From: Ylistrum balloti
Taxonomy: Eukaryota
NCBI RefSeq assembly: GCF_031769215.1
Contig: NW_026782268.1
Span: 2,046,001 to 2,110,000 of the forward strand
Direction: 5' to 3'
Length of the DNA: 64,000 nucleotides
Position 1 is the first letter of the stretch. Each line of letters opens with the position of its first letter. The translations under genes were made by a program, and so were the position numbers. The notes under the pieces were generated by a model that worked only from the letters and a program-made list of their open reading frames with translations, ran no database searches and was not told where the DNA came from. Below, piece by piece: positions 51,883 through 64,000 of the stretch.

Positions 51883-53217
51883 ATGACATCCGAAACAAAA
51901 ATGTTGTGGTTACTAGTGCTTGCGTATATTTCTGTGTCAAACGCAGCTACACATGAGGATTACAGATTGCTTCACCAAACATTGATGACAAACTATACCA
52001 AAGTACTGCGTCCGACGTTTAACTCGTCCATTCCAACGACAGTGGACATTGGATTTTATCTTCTCTCGTTAAAGGAATTTGAAGAGAAGTCAAGCAAATT
52101 TTCTGTTGTTGGAGCGTTTTCAATGACCTGGCATGATTTTCAATTGGTATGGAATCCTGATAATTATGGTGGAATTGAATATACATTTTTTCCGCAGAGC
52201 TCTTTGTGGAAACCTGACATCCTTCTTGTGAATCCTTATGAGAAACTTCAATCTCCCGGTTTTGACGATCTAAAGATCTTAGTTCGGAAAGATGGAATCG
52301 TGAATTGGTCTCCACCTGACATTTATGATGTCACATGTCCATCAGATGTAACATATTATCCTTTTGATCAGCAAATATGTTCATTGCATTTCGCAGTATA
52401 TATGCATACCACATATGAAGTCTTTTTAGAGCCAAGGTCTCCTTACATTAATTTAGACTATTATTCACCCAACAGTCTTTGGGATGTGAAAAACGCCAAT
52501 TTGATTGTTGATCCTGTCTTCACAACACAAACGCTGATACTGGAAACCGTACTGCAGAGAAGACCAATGTTTCAAGTTATAAATACGATAGTACCGTTCA
52601 GTATTTTAGGATTGTTGAATATAATGGTGTTCCTTCTTCCTGCCGAGTCTGGGGAACGTGTTGGCTTTTCCGTGACTGTTCTTTTGGCTGTTGCCGTGTT
52701 TATGACCATTGTGGCCGACACTTTGCCGGGAACCAGCGAACCTTCTTTCCCTCGGTTGTGTTATCTATTGACAGCAGAGCTCTGTGTCAATACCTTTGTG
52801 ACAATTTGTACCATTTTGGTCTCGAGACTGCATCATAAACCAAAGCACCATACCATTCCATCATGGCTGCAAAACATGATATGTAAAGGTGGCTGTTTTA
52901 AAACTAAAACAGACCTAAGTAGTATCGATAAAAAACACACTGAACAGGATCTGAACAATGGAGACATCGTTTGTTTGGGTGACTCTTCGACAAAAACTCG
53001 GAAAGCTGAGAAAACTGACACAGGATATGAAAAGGATTATGAATGGAACAGTGATAGTATTGTCAATGGAAACAGTGTCACTCAAAAATGTTTTAAAAGC
53101 AACACGTCATGGCATACTGTGGCAAATTTTCTCGATATTTTCTTCTTTGTTACATTTCTAGTAATTTCCGCATGTAACAAAATAGTGGCTTATTTTGTAT
53201 TTACTTCAAATAAATAA
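51883..53217 (+). CDS. Intronless divergent nicotinic-type Cys-loop channel subunit, gene 5
   Basis: 444 aa (alternative start 51901); signal peptide, Cys-loop CPSDVTYYPFDQQIC, four TM segments; AATAAA at 53267-53272. Confidence 0.94.
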   Translation: MTSETKMLWLLVLAYISVSNAATHEDYRLLHQTLMTNYTKVLRPTFNSSIPTTVDIGFYLLSLKEFEEKSSKFSVVGAFSMTWHDFQLVWNPDNYGGIEYTFFPQSSLWKPDILLVNPYEKLQSPGFDDLKILVRKDGIVNWSPPDIYDVTCPSDVTYYPFDQQICSLHFAVYMHTTYEVFLEPRSPYINLDYYSPNSLWDVKNANLIVDPVFTTQTLILETVLQRRPMFQVINTIVPFSILGLLNIMVFLLPAESGERVGFSVTVLLAVAVFMTIVADTLPGTSEPSFPRLCYLLTAELCVNTFVTICTILVSRLHHKPKHHTIPSWLQNMICKGGCFKTKTDLSSIDKKHTEQDLNNGDIVCLGDSSTKTRKAEKTDTGYEKDYEWNSDSIVNGNSVTQKCFKSNTSWHTVANFLDIFFFVTFLVISACNKIVAYFVFTSNK

Positions 53218-53449
53218 TATGTAGATTAAGTCGAACTACTAAAAACATGTAATATAATATTATCATAATAAAGACGCTGGTAAAAACAAATATTGAAGTT
53301 GTTATATGTTTTTACATGATATTTCATGTTTTTTAATACATTTAACGCATTTACGAATAAGAATGAAAGAAAGAAAAAAAAAGAAAGAAAGAAAAAAGGG
53401 AAACAATAAGTATATCATGAAATCACGAAGACGTTGGTTTTAGTTGTCA

Positions 53450-54722
53450 TTTTGTTATACAATCAAGTTTCGGAAATGAATGGTAACTCATGTACCTGCA
53501 TAATTTCAGATTGTTTGGCGTTCCAATAAGCTGTGATTTCTTTTCATACGGGATATTGTTTCTTCGAAGCTGAAAGAAAGCCTTCGTTTTCTTGTTATCG
53601 GAGCTTTCTTTCCGAAGAAAGTTGAACGGTGGTACAAAAAAAATGGTTGTGAACTTACTACTGGAGTGTATTTCGTTAAAGATAAAGTTAAAGTAGAAAT
53701 ATAGGGATTACGAAATAATGAAAATGATCAAGTTTCTTGTTGACAACATCTTCGTCGAGTTTCTTGGTAAGATCTTCCAACAGACTCTTTGTATACCTAT
53801 GGGGATTAGAGCCCTCTCTGCTCGCAGACCTGTTTCCTTTTTTTCATTAGAGGCTGAATTGATGGAAGAGCTTACCAGAACAGACCACAAACATCTTGCA
53901 AAGTCGTTTAATTTCACTTTCAGATATAATGATGACGTCTTAACTTTAAACAACAAGGAATGTATTGACCACGCCCGTTATATAACCAACCAGAATCGGA
54001 AATCAAAGACAGGCTCTTCTACATCAGCCACTTATCCCGATATATTTCTACAACGAAACCAACCACGACAGTTTTCCACCAAGCTGTAAGATAAGCGTGT
54101 TGATTTCAATTAACGTACTGTTGTATTTTCCATTTCCGGATGGCAACATACCTGAATCCCCAACCTATGGTGTTCACATGTCGCAGCTGATTCAATATTC
54201 AAGGGGCTTTTCCCATTATTACGATTTATCTTGCAGGAAGACATCAAATGACGGATACAGGGGACACAAGGACCTTTTGATGACTATATAATTCAATGTA
54301 TAAAGGATATTATAAAAATGTTGTATCTGTATCAATGTATATATACATAGTATAGTGTGTATAATGTGTGAGAGTTATCGCCTTTATTTTCTATATTAAT
54401 TATTTTGTGTTATTTTCATTTCAATATTGTGGAGAAAATGTCTATAGGCTTTGCCTGTTATTCAATCCACACTGACATTAACATTTTTTGTCAATAAAGT
54501 TTGTTGAAATGAAATGAAGTAAAATGAATTGACGGACACACTCAGAGTTTCAAATGATGCAGGATGATGAAAATTATAATGATCACATTTATAAATCTAC
54601 CATTTCTTTGTGCGAAATGAAGCTGGACGTGTTTGATTCTCGTTAGAAGCGCCAGACGTTTACTCTTCTGGAACAATTGGTTGTCGATGAAGCAGAAGAC
54701 GCTTACTCTTCCGGGAACACTT
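53450..54722 (+). mobile_element. Penelope-like retroelement relic: RT core, thumb and 3' tail
   Basis: KMIKFLVDNIFVEF..FQQTLCIPMG, SFNFTFRYNDDVLTLNN (YxDD), FPFPDGNIPESPTYGVHMSQLIQYSR; tail motif tandemly duplicated at ~54646-54675 and 54683-54720. Confidence 0.8.
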
Positions 54723-54989
54723 AGTTTTATTCTGCTTGTTTATATTTTAATAGTTCTCTTCTTCTTACCAAATCAGGTGGATATACTAACGTTTAATATC
54801 TGCTCTCTTTCCACTCATTAGTTGTATGAAGAAATCGATCTGATATGGGTTATTCAGATGAAAATGTTCTTATGGGATTTTAAATAATGGCTACAAAATA
54901 AGTAATACTGATCAGTAACGGTACGACCTAGTGATTCGTCGGACGTATTATAGTAGTAAATTTATAACTAAATGAGAATCGACACAAAA

Positions 54990-55240
54990 ATGATGTGGCT
55001 ACTGTTTCTTAGTTCTATTTCCCAAACTGCACACGTAGCAACACGAGAGGACTTGACAAAAATTTTGATGGAAAAGTATACCATGGATTTTCATTCAACA
55101 TTCAACTTCTTACAGTCAACAATAGTTTTGGTTTTCAGCTCCTCTCATTGAAGAAATAAGCAGGCAAATTGCAGTTGTATGATGTATATTCATATTGGCA
55201 TGACTTTAAAATGTAAAGGATTCCTGGAAAATTATGAAAT
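54990..55240 (+). pseudogene. 5' remnant of a receptor pseudogene
   Basis: ATG 54990 reads MMWLLFLSSISQTAHVATREDLTK (compare gene 4 MMWLLL..TTHENLTR); shifted frames then give GFQLLSLKK and WHDFKM. Weaker homology may extend to ~55510. Confidence 0.7.
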
Positions 55241-57649
55241 CACTCATTCATGACTAGGTATAATACACAAATAAGAATTGATGACATCATAGCTGTGGTG
55301 TATACAGTGTAATTTCAAGGAAATAGAAAGTAAGAAAGTGTGTGCCATGACGTACAAACCTTTTAGTTTGAGTGAGGTTGATATTAGTAACTACTATATC
55401 TCTGTTCATTCACAATTCCTCCCCATCCCTATTCCCTTTGAGTTCCGATTCTTATTAACAATAAACACAATACAACCAGATCGTTCAATGTATAGGCTAT
55501 TATTACATCTCTTATACTGCTTTGGGTGTAAGAAGAATAACACGTGCATTTAATACATGCAACCAAATTGTAATGTATTCGTGCTAGGATTTGTGATTCC
55601 GTTCTTAGTTCTAAAATGGTAAAAATTGTTACAAGTACATTAACACAAAAGTTCCGCTACCAACAGGCAATTTATTCAAGTGATTCGACATCTTAGTTTA
55701 CTTCATAGTTGTTATCAAGTGAAATGATTTTTTGAAATCAGTACTACACACAATAAACATTTCAAAGCTATATATGGATGTATATCGGGTATTGTTGTGC
55801 TATGTTCCATCAATCTATACATTCTCAAAATTTCACCTGTAGCCAATTAGCAAGTTCACACATAAGTAACGGTTTTGAGTACATACTAATTAAATTTTTT
55901 CTGTCAATTTTCCTCAGTCACACGTCATTGATTTATCCTAAATTCAATCATAAACTCATTATCTGAACAACGTGTTCTAATGTTGTAATATCTGTTTATT
56001 TATATCGTATTATATAATTGCAAATTTGCGAGGTTGTTACAAAGATAAGAAAGAAATGCATTATATCATATAAAGAGTTTTTACATCTAGATATTTCTTA
56101 AATATCCGGAGTTCCATTGGTACAGTCGAATAGGAAGGATTTTTTCATTGATTAATATGTTAAATTTCATGCCAATGAACAGTAACAGTATATTGATCAA
56201 ATCTATTTACATAGTTAAGTCAAGCGTTTGGATTTTCTCTTTGTATGCCTATGTTCCAAAGTTAATCGATAATGACTTACTGTTCAAACAGATATGACGT
56301 GAAATCGATATTTCAATAGCGAATCACAGCTATAGTGTTTTCTGACACCTGACACGTTTCAAGCTATATTTGCCTTTTAGCGTAATTACCTTTCCAATAT
56401 CTACCAGATTCTACAGAAACATTAAAAAAAACCCATCCATTCATGATATTGACATATGCTTAGACTGCTTTGCTTTCTTTCCTTCTTCCGCTCAGGATAA
56501 CAACACTAAAGTATCATTTAAGTGCTATGTATGGTTAAAACACCTACAAAATTCAAAACTGTTTTTGAAGGTACAATGTACTTGTTCTTGGGTTTTAAAG
56601 ATTTTCTTAGAGGTGCCTGGCAGATCATTCCATTATTTCAAAATGATTATTGACCAACGTGTTGACTGAAGAATAAGGTTAGTCAGCTGATAACATTAAT
56701 AAGTGTTACATAGATAAACAGTATTAATGTTATCATTACTGATCTCCGTAGTCTTCACTGGTGCATGTTGCTTCATTATCAATAACTAATGACATAGCGA
56801 ATAAATCGATTTTTTAAATTGATGAATATCATCTTTAATTTAATTCTCTTTAAATAAAAACAGAGCTGGCCATTTTGATTTTGATATCACCTCATCATAC
56901 ATCGACTTCATCACTGCATTTTTATTTTTAAGACATATCGAAAAAATGGTGTAGCTATCGCACTTACTATTCGTTTCAATTTTTGCCATAATGCTCCACG
57001 AATATATAGTTTAAAGAATAAATATTGTTTATAAGATATGACTGCCATGTTTATTCATATATCAACATGGACAAGGATTTAACGACATATCAATAAAAAT
57101 TACTTTAATAGAAGTCATAAAAGGACAAAAACAGCTGCATGATGCGGTCTTACTCATTGTTTGGCTCTAATGTATCCAACTCAAAATTGTCTTAAAAGTG
57201 CTGTTTATTCGTGTGTCCTTTGTATAATAATCTAAAACTAAAAAAAAAACATTCATACAGTTTACAAACATTTTTTTCATACCCCTATGAAACTAAAAAA
57301 ATGACATCAATGCTTAAATGAAAATGTCACTATAAGGTATTGCCAGCATGCTTCTTGCACAATTCTTATGCCGTCGTCTCATACCATTGAAAGGAAATTT
57401 GTCAAGTCTCAGAGGCAGTAACACTTACGTGAAGACAAGGTAAGAAACACTGCGTCAGACTCCGTGGCACTGCTGCACCACATGGCTGCAATGGCCATGT
57501 TGATTCTGTTTGACATTTTGCAAGTCCTCAATAAAGTATTTCTGACGTTATGGCTATTTTCACTCCTCAAATTAGAAGTAACAATTACAATAAATCTAGC
57601 ACATATATAGCCACATTTGAAGAGAAACCATTTGATGTCCATCCTTTAC

Positions 57650-58140
57650 GCTTCCTCTTCCTTTGTAACAAAACTTTCAAGTAGATTCAGCTAATACTGT
57701 TTCGGATGACGCAAACTATCTTGGAGACTTAGGGATAGTTGCATCTCGCCAATTTAAGTAAGTTGAGTTTTGAAATAAGCCAAAGGGGATGCTATTAACA
57801 TCGGCAATATTTTACACCAGAAATCAGTTCAGGCTAATATCGAACCATATTTTCAAGAAAGGAACACCCCTAATTTCCTACAGTTACTTTCAGCACATTG
57901 CAGCCAAACTTTTCAACTACAAACAAACACTGCAACAACTGAATGTAGATGACCTCAGGACTACCCCTCCGTCAGTTTGTTCTTGTTCTACATCTACTTA
58001 AAGCGAAGGTGTAACCTCTGACATAGCACCTGGCGATTTAAGCATTATCCAAAATGATAAGCTGTGAAAACTTTTCATGATGGGGCCTAATATTGCGAAA
58101 ATCCCGTATAGAAAACTAAACAAAATGGAAGTTTTGGTCA
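57650..58140 (+). mobile_element. Penelope-like element, N-terminal ORF remnant
   Basis: PLISYSY..IAAKLFNYKQTLQ..CSCSTS..GDLSIIQNDKL..GP matches the pre-RT region I recognise from this mollusc RT-element type; assignment is from memory. Confidence 0.55.
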
Positions 58141-59604
58141 AGTTGATTCTGAAATTAAACATACGAAAATTGTGTTTACATGTGTGAAAGGATGCACAAA
58201 TTCGTAGATGTGTAAAATGTTTGCATGCCTGTGTGTGTATATGTGAACAAGTATACATATTTGTATGAGAATGATAAAAGTAATATCATGATACTTTTTC
58301 CAATTCTTTACCTGATGCCAGCAGGTTCATGGAGCTTTGATGCATGAAATCAAAGTTCGTTTATCTGTAAAATGTATTTTGTACAGGTGTGTTTCATTGT
58401 CTTAATGTATTTGTTTATTGCATATTGCTGCCGTTGTTTTACTGTACAATGTGCAAATATTTAATGTATAGGGTCTCAATTGGTGAATAAAATGTTTAAT
58501 TTACAATCATATGCACACTTTCTCCTCATAATATTGAAATAATGATATTTATAGTGTGAAGAAATGAAAATGAATTTACGAACGAAAAGAAAGAGACCTA
58601 CTGCGTGAGATACCATGATGTAAGGAAGGGAAGATAAACTAAGGGTCCCGACCTTGGCATCCCTCAAAATAGTTCTTGAAGAGAAATTAAGAAAAAGATA
58701 TTTGAATACCACTATATTTTGTAGAAGGATAGTCGTCTTTTGCTTCACAGACGATGTCACGTTATCATAATGAGAGCCAAGTAATTAACAATAACTAGGA
58801 ATGCTAACTAATACAGAGAAACGCTTAATTGCATGTCGTATACGCAAAATAATATTTTCTGACGAGATTTGAAAAACAGTGATTATCTTGTGATTGTAGA
58901 GGTAAGGCATGAACTCCCCTTACTTAATAAGGGACATGCGTAATGTACGAAGAGAAGAATATCATATAATGTAATGGTTATTACGACTAGTATACAAAAG
59001 AACCTTTGAATGATTTTAGATATTCGGTAAATGGAAGAATATTAATGTTGTTGAAAGAAAAAGCTATTGATAGTTCCTGTTTTAAAGATAAGTTATCTAA
59101 ACGGTGAACTGAATGATCATCGCATAATTCATAATTCCTGAAGACCTCGCAATACGTAACGCAAAATGAACGCCTTGTCAGAGCTATGTGTGATGTTTAT
59201 ATTGTAATATAAAGTCTCAGGAACATGGGGACACTAACACTATCAAAGAACGAACAATCAATTAACTTCAATATGGTACAATTAAATGTATCTGGTGGTC
59301 CGGATGTTTCCAGTGTACACAACAATTCCATAAAGATGTATAGATGTCCAATGTGTCACTACATCTACTGATCTGCATACAGAGAAATAAAGCTGGTAAA
59401 TACAAATGTTACATATAATCACTAGACAACGACTTAATAGAGTGTTATTCAACTTTGGATAGGCATTGATTTAGCTTGATTACAGTCAAGTCAAACACAC
59501 CTCGATTTCATTGGGCATCGGTAAATATCGATTTAATCTATCTGGTTTTATAACAAACCATAAAAGCATAAGCAGTGACAACAATTTCACTGCTATATCC
59601 AGAG

Positions 59605-60951
59605 ATGAAGGAAGCTACATGTATATCGACTCTCACGTTGATGTTCCTTTTGACGGGTTCTGGCGATGCAGCAACGCACACAGATATGGTCAAACTCCAT
59701 GAGAACTTGACGAAACATTACAACAAGTATGTCAGGCCAACTTTTAATCAGTCAGAGCCAACAATTGTTAATGTCAATTTCAACCTTCTTTCTATCAAAG
59801 AACTGGATGAAAAGACCAATAAATTGGCTATAGTAGGAATTTTTACATACTCATGGAATGACTTTCAACTCCAGTGGAATTACACGGATTTTGGCAACAG
59901 TATTACAACATTTCTGCCTCAGACGGCAGTGTGGAAACCCGACGTTATACAAGTTAACCCATATGATGAAATTGAACCTCTCGGTTATGACAGACAAACA
60001 ATTCGGGTCGTATACAACGGAGATATGTACTGGGCCCCAGCAAATGTCTACCAGTCTAGTTGTGCTATTGATGTGACGTTTTATCCCTTTGATGTCCAAT
60101 CTTGTTTCATAATGTTTAGCTCTTTGATGTACGATATATCGGAGTTACGTTTCGAAAGCAATAATACTATGCTAGACCTTTCATACTTCTACTCAAATGG
60201 CTTGTGGGAGGTCAAGGCAACAGGAATACATTGTGACAAGTCATCACCGCTTATTATTTTAATATTGCAACTAAAAAGGCGATCAATATTCCATGTTCTT
60301 AACACGTTGATACCTATCAGTGTCATAGGACTTTTGAATGTCTTGGTATTCTTGCTCCCTGCAGAGTCAGGAGAGCGTGTCAGCTTCTCGATTACTGTAT
60401 TATTAGCAATGGCTGTGTTTATCAGTATTGTGACGGACAGTCTACCCAGTAACAGTGAGCCGAATGTCCCGTTTCTGTGTTACCTTCTTGCAATCGATCT
60501 AGGCGCGAATGCTTTAGTAACCGTTTGCGCCATTCTTGGATTGCGTCTCCATCACAAACCAGACTCTCAGAAGGTCCCCAAATGGCTGAAGAGACTAATG
60601 TCCTGCCGTCCAAGCATTAAAAAGAAGAGCAGGTGTACCGATACACGCTTAGAATCTGACAATAGCATGGAGAGTTGGAATAATTCTTCTCCAGAACAGA
60701 TTAAACACATTTACTTTAATGAATCTGCAATTTCCCGGCCAAGTGAAAAAACATTCAAATACGAGCAACAAGATGTCAATGACACTGATCAAAAGACTGT
60801 GTTATCTACTCAGGAACCCTCTAAAAACATTACATGGAAAAATGTCGCAGTGGTCTTGGACATTGTTTTCTTCGTGTTATTTTTAATGGTTTTACTTGCT
60901 AAAGATGTTGTGGCAGTAATTATATTTTTGCAATCACAAAACTATTCTTAA
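59605..60951 (+). CDS. Intronless divergent nicotinic-type Cys-loop channel subunit, gene 6 (most divergent)
   Basis: First ATG 59605 (the track start 59575 is GTG); signal peptide ends GDA|ATH; WKPD; Cys-loop CAIDVTFYPFDVQSC; M2 GERVSFSITVLLAMAVFISIVTD; M4 present. Confidence 0.93.
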   Translation: MKEATCISTLTLMFLLTGSGDAATHTDMVKLHENLTKHYNKYVRPTFNQSEPTIVNVNFNLLSIKELDEKTNKLAIVGIFTYSWNDFQLQWNYTDFGNSITTFLPQTAVWKPDVIQVNPYDEIEPLGYDRQTIRVVYNGDMYWAPANVYQSSCAIDVTFYPFDVQSCFIMFSSLMYDISELRFESNNTMLDLSYFYSNGLWEVKATGIHCDKSSPLIILILQLKRRSIFHVLNTLIPISVIGLLNVLVFLLPAESGERVSFSITVLLAMAVFISIVTDSLPSNSEPNVPFLCYLLAIDLGANALVTVCAILGLRLHHKPDSQKVPKWLKRLMSCRPSIKKKSRCTDTRLESDNSMESWNNSSPEQIKHIYFNESAISRPSEKTFKYEQQDVNDTDQKTVLSTQEPSKNITWKNVAVVLDIVFFVLFLMVLLAKDVVAVIIFLQSQNYS

Positions 60952-61821
60952 TTTTTTCTCTCATTAAAACATGATTGTTTCCCCTAGAATATATTTTAAA
61001 GTATCATATAGCGTCTATTAAAAAGACTAACTTTTTTAAACATTAAATAACAAATATATAGGACCAGACAACAGTCGTAGGAAGAATTTAAACCATTTGA
61101 TATTTGCCTATATTACTGAATCTACCAGACCGGATGTTGGATCTCGTTTTCTTTGTATTGTGTACCTTTTAAACATTGTTAACGAATATTTTTTTCTATA
61201 TTATTACTAGTATTTTGATAGACAGAACTTTTTAGCAACACGCATTTTAATTCCAGTAGAATAGATAAATAGATATGATCCAGCTAAAAAATATGTTTCT
61301 ATTAATGTATGTTTCGAAACACACTTTTTGTGGGAACTTTCTATCACATATATAATACTGTAAAGATGTGTTTGCTGTTCTTAGACTCTGACATGTTGCA
61401 TATCCAATCACACTTCATGAAACTATATACAGTATTTAGTTATTATATATAATGTGTTTAATACTCATGTTCTATTGAATTGTTATATTCTTCATGGAAC
61501 CGTTTGTAACCAGTCATAGACGAAATATTTATTACTTCAAATGTACAATATGCTTTCAGTAAGTGATAACAAAGTTTTCATGTATAAACAGTTTAAATTA
61601 CTTTATATTTGTATCACAATTGTAAGTGTATTTCTGAGTTAATAATCGTGATGGTTTATATATCGAGCATTTAGAATTTAACCCTAAGTATGAAATATGT
61701 GTTCGTCAATAATTTCCAGTAGAAAATCACAATTTTTAATTTTGTACATACAAATGAAAAGTAGATATCAAAGGTTCTCGATTTAAAACGTGGCATGCTC
61801 CGATTGACAATGCCCTTTTTC

Positions 61822-61850
61822 GTCGATGAAGCAGAAGACGCTTTCTCTTC
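61822..61850 (+). repeat. Dispersed retroelement tail motif GTCGATGAAGCAGAAGACGCTTACTC
   Basis: Copies at 28005-28025 (-), 48888-48913, 54683-54708, 61822-61850 and 62992-63012. Confidence 0.75.
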
Positions 61851-64000
61851 AGAACCATCTGGTCTGATTCTCCATGTAAATCTTTCTTTTGTTAAAACTG
61901 TTCCATAGTCTTATTGAATTTGTGTTTTTATTATGATTATATCCTTGTGTTGGTATTTTCATATTGCTTTAGATGTTCATTGTTGCTTTATACATGTAAC
62001 ACTTTGTCATGGTTAGAATATGATATTTTGTATGTGCGGGTTATTTTTAAATAAACGCACGTTTACCGTTTGACACTAGTTTTTTTCCTTTTCACACCTT
62101 GTGTAAAATGTCAAATAAGGAGCATACGTGTCCTTCAAAGTCCTTCAAAAGAAATTACATATTGCGAAATATTTATGACGTGTCTGTATGAGGTGATAGA
62201 TGATAGAGTAACAATGTATGAAACCCCCACGCCAGGACAATAGACATTAATATTGCACAAATATTGAGATTCTAAACCAAATACAATACTTTTTCCATAT
62301 TCTCACTTCAGACGCATTGGTATAATTACTTAACATTGTCATTCACATTGATATATGAATTCCTTTGATTAGGATAATGTAATACACATGATGAATGCCT
62401 AATGGTTCGCAAACAAACTGTCGTGAAGATCAAACGTGTCATTATTAGGTAATGCGTGCCATATTTGAGTAGTTAAATGTAAACACTCCTCAACAAATCG
62501 ACAAGAATCCATTCAATATTTATCTTGCAATATATGACGTAAATTTAGATATAGTTTGATTAGTTTGTCAATGGATATCGACATGTTCAACAGTCATTAG
62601 TGAAACAAATAGTTATCCAAGAAATAATATTACTTAGGTTAAAAGACAATAGGAAGCAAGCCTTTGTACGACATGGATTTATCGGTATCTGAAAGCGATA
62701 CTGCTTTTGCTTCCAATTTCTGGTGCATTTTGGTGGGGTTCCGATCATGCAGATGTGTATTCCAGCGTTTCACATGTGCTTACCAGGTGATTTTGACTTG
62801 TGCAAGTCTTTTAATTTGTTTATACCTCGTAAATATAACTTGTACTTCCGTTGTTGTTTATATTAAGCTGGGCGTGTTTTAGGCTCGTTCGTTTGCTTTT
62901 TGGTTCCGTTTTTGTATACCGTATTTTTTTGTTTATTTTTTTGAGAACGTGACATTACATGTTTGGATTTACCTGGGTTTGTATAGAGACTGTCGTCAAT
63001 GAAGCAGAAGACTTTTTCGGGGATAGCCATGTCAATATGTCCTTTCTTCATATTTTGCCTTAATTCATCAAATTTGGGTTTTAATCTGTTAAGATTGTTA
63101 CCACGTCTTCGTTTCTTTGTTCTTTAGAATAAATGCAGTCACAAGTGATCTAAAAAAAAACTCGCTGTCAGACTAGATACATGTTTTTAAACTTCTAAAC
63201 ACCCCTCTTGCTAATTTAAAAAAAAAAATCAAAATTGTGTACATTTAGTAAAGGGATGCCATAATTTGATTTGATTTGATTTTTAGCTATAATATTTAAC
63301 ATAAGTATTCCATCGTTAAAACGGTAGCAACTTTGAAGTTTTTCTTTCATTGATACCATTTCAAATTTGTCAATGTCTATATGTGTGCTCTTTTAATCAT
63401 TACTCCGTCGAATGTTTTACATCGAAGTAACAAGCCGAGCAAAAGTGTATGATGAAGTAAACACATGCAAAACACACATTCATCAATCGCAGATCTATAA
63501 TCTATATTTGTGATGACATATGTATATAAATGAAAATAAATTAAATAAATGCAGTTTTTTTTTCTAATAAGCCGTTTAAAAGTTGTCTCCCTTACACCAG
63601 TGACTCGCGAAATTGTTATGAGTCTATTTTTAATATTCTTTGACATTGACCGGGTAACTCATTCTAAGGCAAAATCGGCACACATTCTAGAAAGTGGGAA
63701 GATTGCTAAACTAGCCATTGTCGAAACCGACTCTGACTTTATGCTTGAAGTCATATATCTTATTCGTGTCCATATGACACGTGTTGCTGCACAAGAGACA
63801 TCGATAGGTTTTTAAAACATTTCCAAAACGTAACTGGCCAAACCTGCCAACAATTAAATGTCACCATCGTAATTAATTTTTGTTTTACATTTTACCAAAA
63901 ACACGTCTGACAATGAATCTATACATTTTATCATAATGTACCAATAACATTTCAGGACAAAAATACGGCATGTGATTAAAAAATCAAATTTTAAAGACCA

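Noticed and set aside
54683-54722. SECIS element or hammerhead ribozyme in the retroelement tail (ATGAA ... GGAA)
   Set aside because: The helix is too short and lacks apical AA for a SECIS, and there is no CUGAUGA/GAAA core. The CTGATGA at ~50400 also lacks a valid stem II.
45379-60613. Short ORFs overlapping the receptor genes (45379, 46285, 52019, 52833, 52958, 59851, 59858, 60422)
   Set aside because: These are antisense or alternate-frame shadows of real coding sequence with no independent features.

Overview
AT-rich eukaryotic DNA, most likely a bivalve mollusc (inferred from the repeat families and receptor type; species not determinable here). The left half holds an intronless 90-aa secreted 8-Cys peptide gene (+, 8249-8521), a ~60-copy 29-bp minisatellite and a complete 8-exon ethanolamine kinase gene (-, 14891-25052, 358 aa, rebuilt by hand). 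The right half (31.8-61 kb) is a tandem array of six intact, intronless nicotinic-type Cys-loop channel genes plus two decayed paralogues. All six keep the Cys-loop and a cation-type M2 (GER at -1'/0', D20') but lack the acetylcholine-binding aromatic box and vicinal cysteines and have a short, hypervariable loop C. They are therefore candidate orphan or chemosensory channels, reminiscent of cephalopod chemotactile receptors. The array also shows apparent gene conversion: a near-identical pore tract in genes 1-3, and genes 2 and 3 sharing sensor and pore but not loop or flanks. Genes 1 and 5 share a CCAAT promoter element at equal spacing. The spacers are filled with Penelope-like RT relics, LINE relics, SINEs, a Kolobok-type element, Helentron-associated repeats and minisatellites. 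All alignments and counts were done by eye and need computational confirmation.
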